A program made the translations under genes and the position numbers. Below, piece after piece: positions 62,701 to 64,000 of a stretch of 64,000 nt of DNA; positions within the stretch are counted from its first letter, which is position 1; each line of letters opens with the position of its first letter. The notes under the pieces are model-generated. The model was given only the letters and a program-made list of their open reading frames with translations, was not told where the DNA came from and did not search any database. The stretch is from NCBI RefSeq assembly GCF_009914755.1, contig NC_060926.1. The stretch is one strand, 5' to 3'. Origin of the DNA: the human T2T-CHM13v2.0 reference genome, Homo sapiens.

Positions 62701-64000
62701 AGCATTCCCAGAAACTTCTTTGTGATGTTTGCATTCAAGTCACAGAGTTGAACATTCCCTTTCATAGAGCAGGTTTGAAACACTCTTTTTGTAGTATCCG
62801 GATGTGGAGATTTGGAGCGCTTTCAGGCCTACGGTGAAAAAGGAAATATCTTCCCATGAAAACTAGACAGAAGCATTCTCAGAAACTTATTTGTGATGTG
62901 CGCCCTCAACTAACAGTATTAAACCATTCTTTTCATGGAGTAGTTTTGAAACACTCTTTTTGTAAAATCTGCAAGAGGATATTTGGATAGATTTGAGGAT
63001 TTCGTTGGAAACGGGATTGTCTTCATATAGAATCTAGACAGAAGCATTCTCAGAAGCTTCATTGGGATGTTTCAATTGAAGTCACAGTGTTGAACAGTCC
63101 CTTTCATAGAGCAGGTTTGAAACACTCTTTTTGTAGTATCTGGAAGTGGACATTTGGAGCGTTCTGAGGACTACAGTGAAAAAGGAAATATCTTCCAATA
63201 AAAGCTAGATAGAAGCAATGTCAGAAAATTTTTCATGATGTATCTACTCAGCTAACAGAGTTGAACCTTTCTTTTGAGAGAGCAGTTTTGAAACACTCTT
63301 TTTGTGGAATCTGCAAGTGGATATTTGTCTAGCTTTGAGGATTGCGATGGAAACGGGATTACATATAAAAAGCAGACAGCAGCATTCCCAGAAACTTCTT
63401 TGTGATATTTGCATTCAAGTCACAGACTTGAACATTCCCTTTCATAGAGCAGGTTTGAAACACTCTTTTTGTAGTATCTGGATGTGGACATTTGGAGCGC
63501 TTTCAGGCCTATGGTGAAAAAGGAAATATCTTCCCCTGAAAACTAGACAGAAGCATTCTCAGAAACTTATTTGTGATGTGCGCCCTCAACTAACAGTGTT
63601 AAACCTTTCTTTTTGTAGAGTAGTTTTGAAACACTCTTTTTGTAAAATCTGCAAGAGGATATTTGGATAGCTTTGAGGATTTCGTTGGAAACGGGATTGT
63701 CTTCATATTAACCCTAGACAGTAGCATTCTCAGAAGCTTCATTGGGATGTTTCAATTGAAGTCACAGTGTTGAACAGTCCCTTTCATAGAGCAGGTTTGA
63801 AACACTCTTTTTGTAGCATCTGGAAGTGGACATTTGGAGCGTTCTCAGGACTACGGTGAAAAAGGAAATATCTTCCAATAAAAGCTAGATAGAAGCAATG
63901 TCAGAAACTTTTTCATGATGTATCTACTCAGCTAAAAGTGTTGAACCTTTCTTTTGCGAGAGCAGTTTTGAAACACTATTTTTGAGGAATCTGCAAGTGG
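56766..64000 (+). repeat. Recent block duplication at 4760-bp (7-HOR) offset: 56766-59240 repeated at 61526-64000
   Basis: All rare variants I checked coincide: gaggtgaacc 57138/61898, cttatatgtg, ttcataggg, tatccggatgtggaga, cccatg, cagtattaaaccattc, ttctgagga, attgcgatgg, tttgaggaat 59221/63981. ORFs 57182/61942, 57862/62622 and 58542/63302 are identical. Confidence 0.9.

Larger units (their letters stand above)
1..64000 (+). repeat. Alpha-satellite higher-order repeat array, 680-bp 4-mer, SF2 (D1/D2 dimeric); most likely human chromosome 2 centromere D2Z1
   Basis: Seen: uninterrupted ~171-bp monomers with alphoid landmarks (cattctcagaaact, gttttgaaacactctttttgt, tttcgttggaaacggga). The same monomer recurs every 680 bp (ORF-track starts 413, 1093, 1773, 2453 ...), about 94 units. 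XbaI tctaga (e.g. 144-149) ends many A monomers and HindIII aagctt starts most B monomers. Knowledge: a 680-bp tetramer with alternating box/no-box SF2 monomers matches D2Z1. Alpha-satellite identity is essentially certain. The chromosome assignment is recognition, not a search result, and the chr18/chr20 SF2 arrays are related. Confidence 0.93.

Noticed and set aside
413-63517. About 80 near-identical ~71-aa plus-strand ORFs (MWNLQVDICLALRISLETG...)
   Set aside because: They are translations of monomers C-D starting at TTG/GTG codons, repeating every 680 bp, with stops and frameshifts in several copies. There is no sign of coding constraint. This is an alpha-satellite artefact.
1-64000. CRISPR-like array or other repeat-spacer system
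   Set aside because: Sequence between conserved motifs is itself repeated. There are no unique spacers and no associated genes.
1-64000. Transposon insertion, inversion or foreign DNA
   Set aside because: Unit spacing is 679-680 bp throughout except for three shifts explained by alphoid dimers (1022, 338, 1021), which leaves no room for an insert. All monomers are on the same strand.
1-64000. Calling this the active kinetochore (CENP-A) domain
   Set aside because: That call needs chromatin or methylation data. Inter-unit heterogeneity and variant boxes neither prove nor exclude it.

Overview
The whole 64 kb window is primate (almost certainly human) centromeric alpha-satellite in one orientation. 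It is a suprachromosomal-family-2 (D1/D2 dimeric) higher-order repeat with a 680-bp 4-monomer unit (171+171+167+171 bp; I label the monomers A, B, C, D) and about 94 units. This best fits the chromosome 2 D2Z1 array. CENP-B boxes occur in every other monomer (A and C) and pJ-alpha-type boxes in B and D. I saw no genes, transposon insertions, inversions or non-satellite DNA, and all track ORFs are repeat artefacts. I did not find a new gene-encoded system. The notable structure is internal to the array: three 2-monomer structural variants with hybrid monomers, a hidden recurring order of HOR sub-types (about 3-HOR and 4-HOR super-periods), 5- and 7-HOR block duplications, a ~4.4 kb block repeated 48,948 bp away, and a TTCG>TGCG CENP-B-box variant in about a third of C monomers. 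All comparisons were made by eye, so counts and block edges are approximate.
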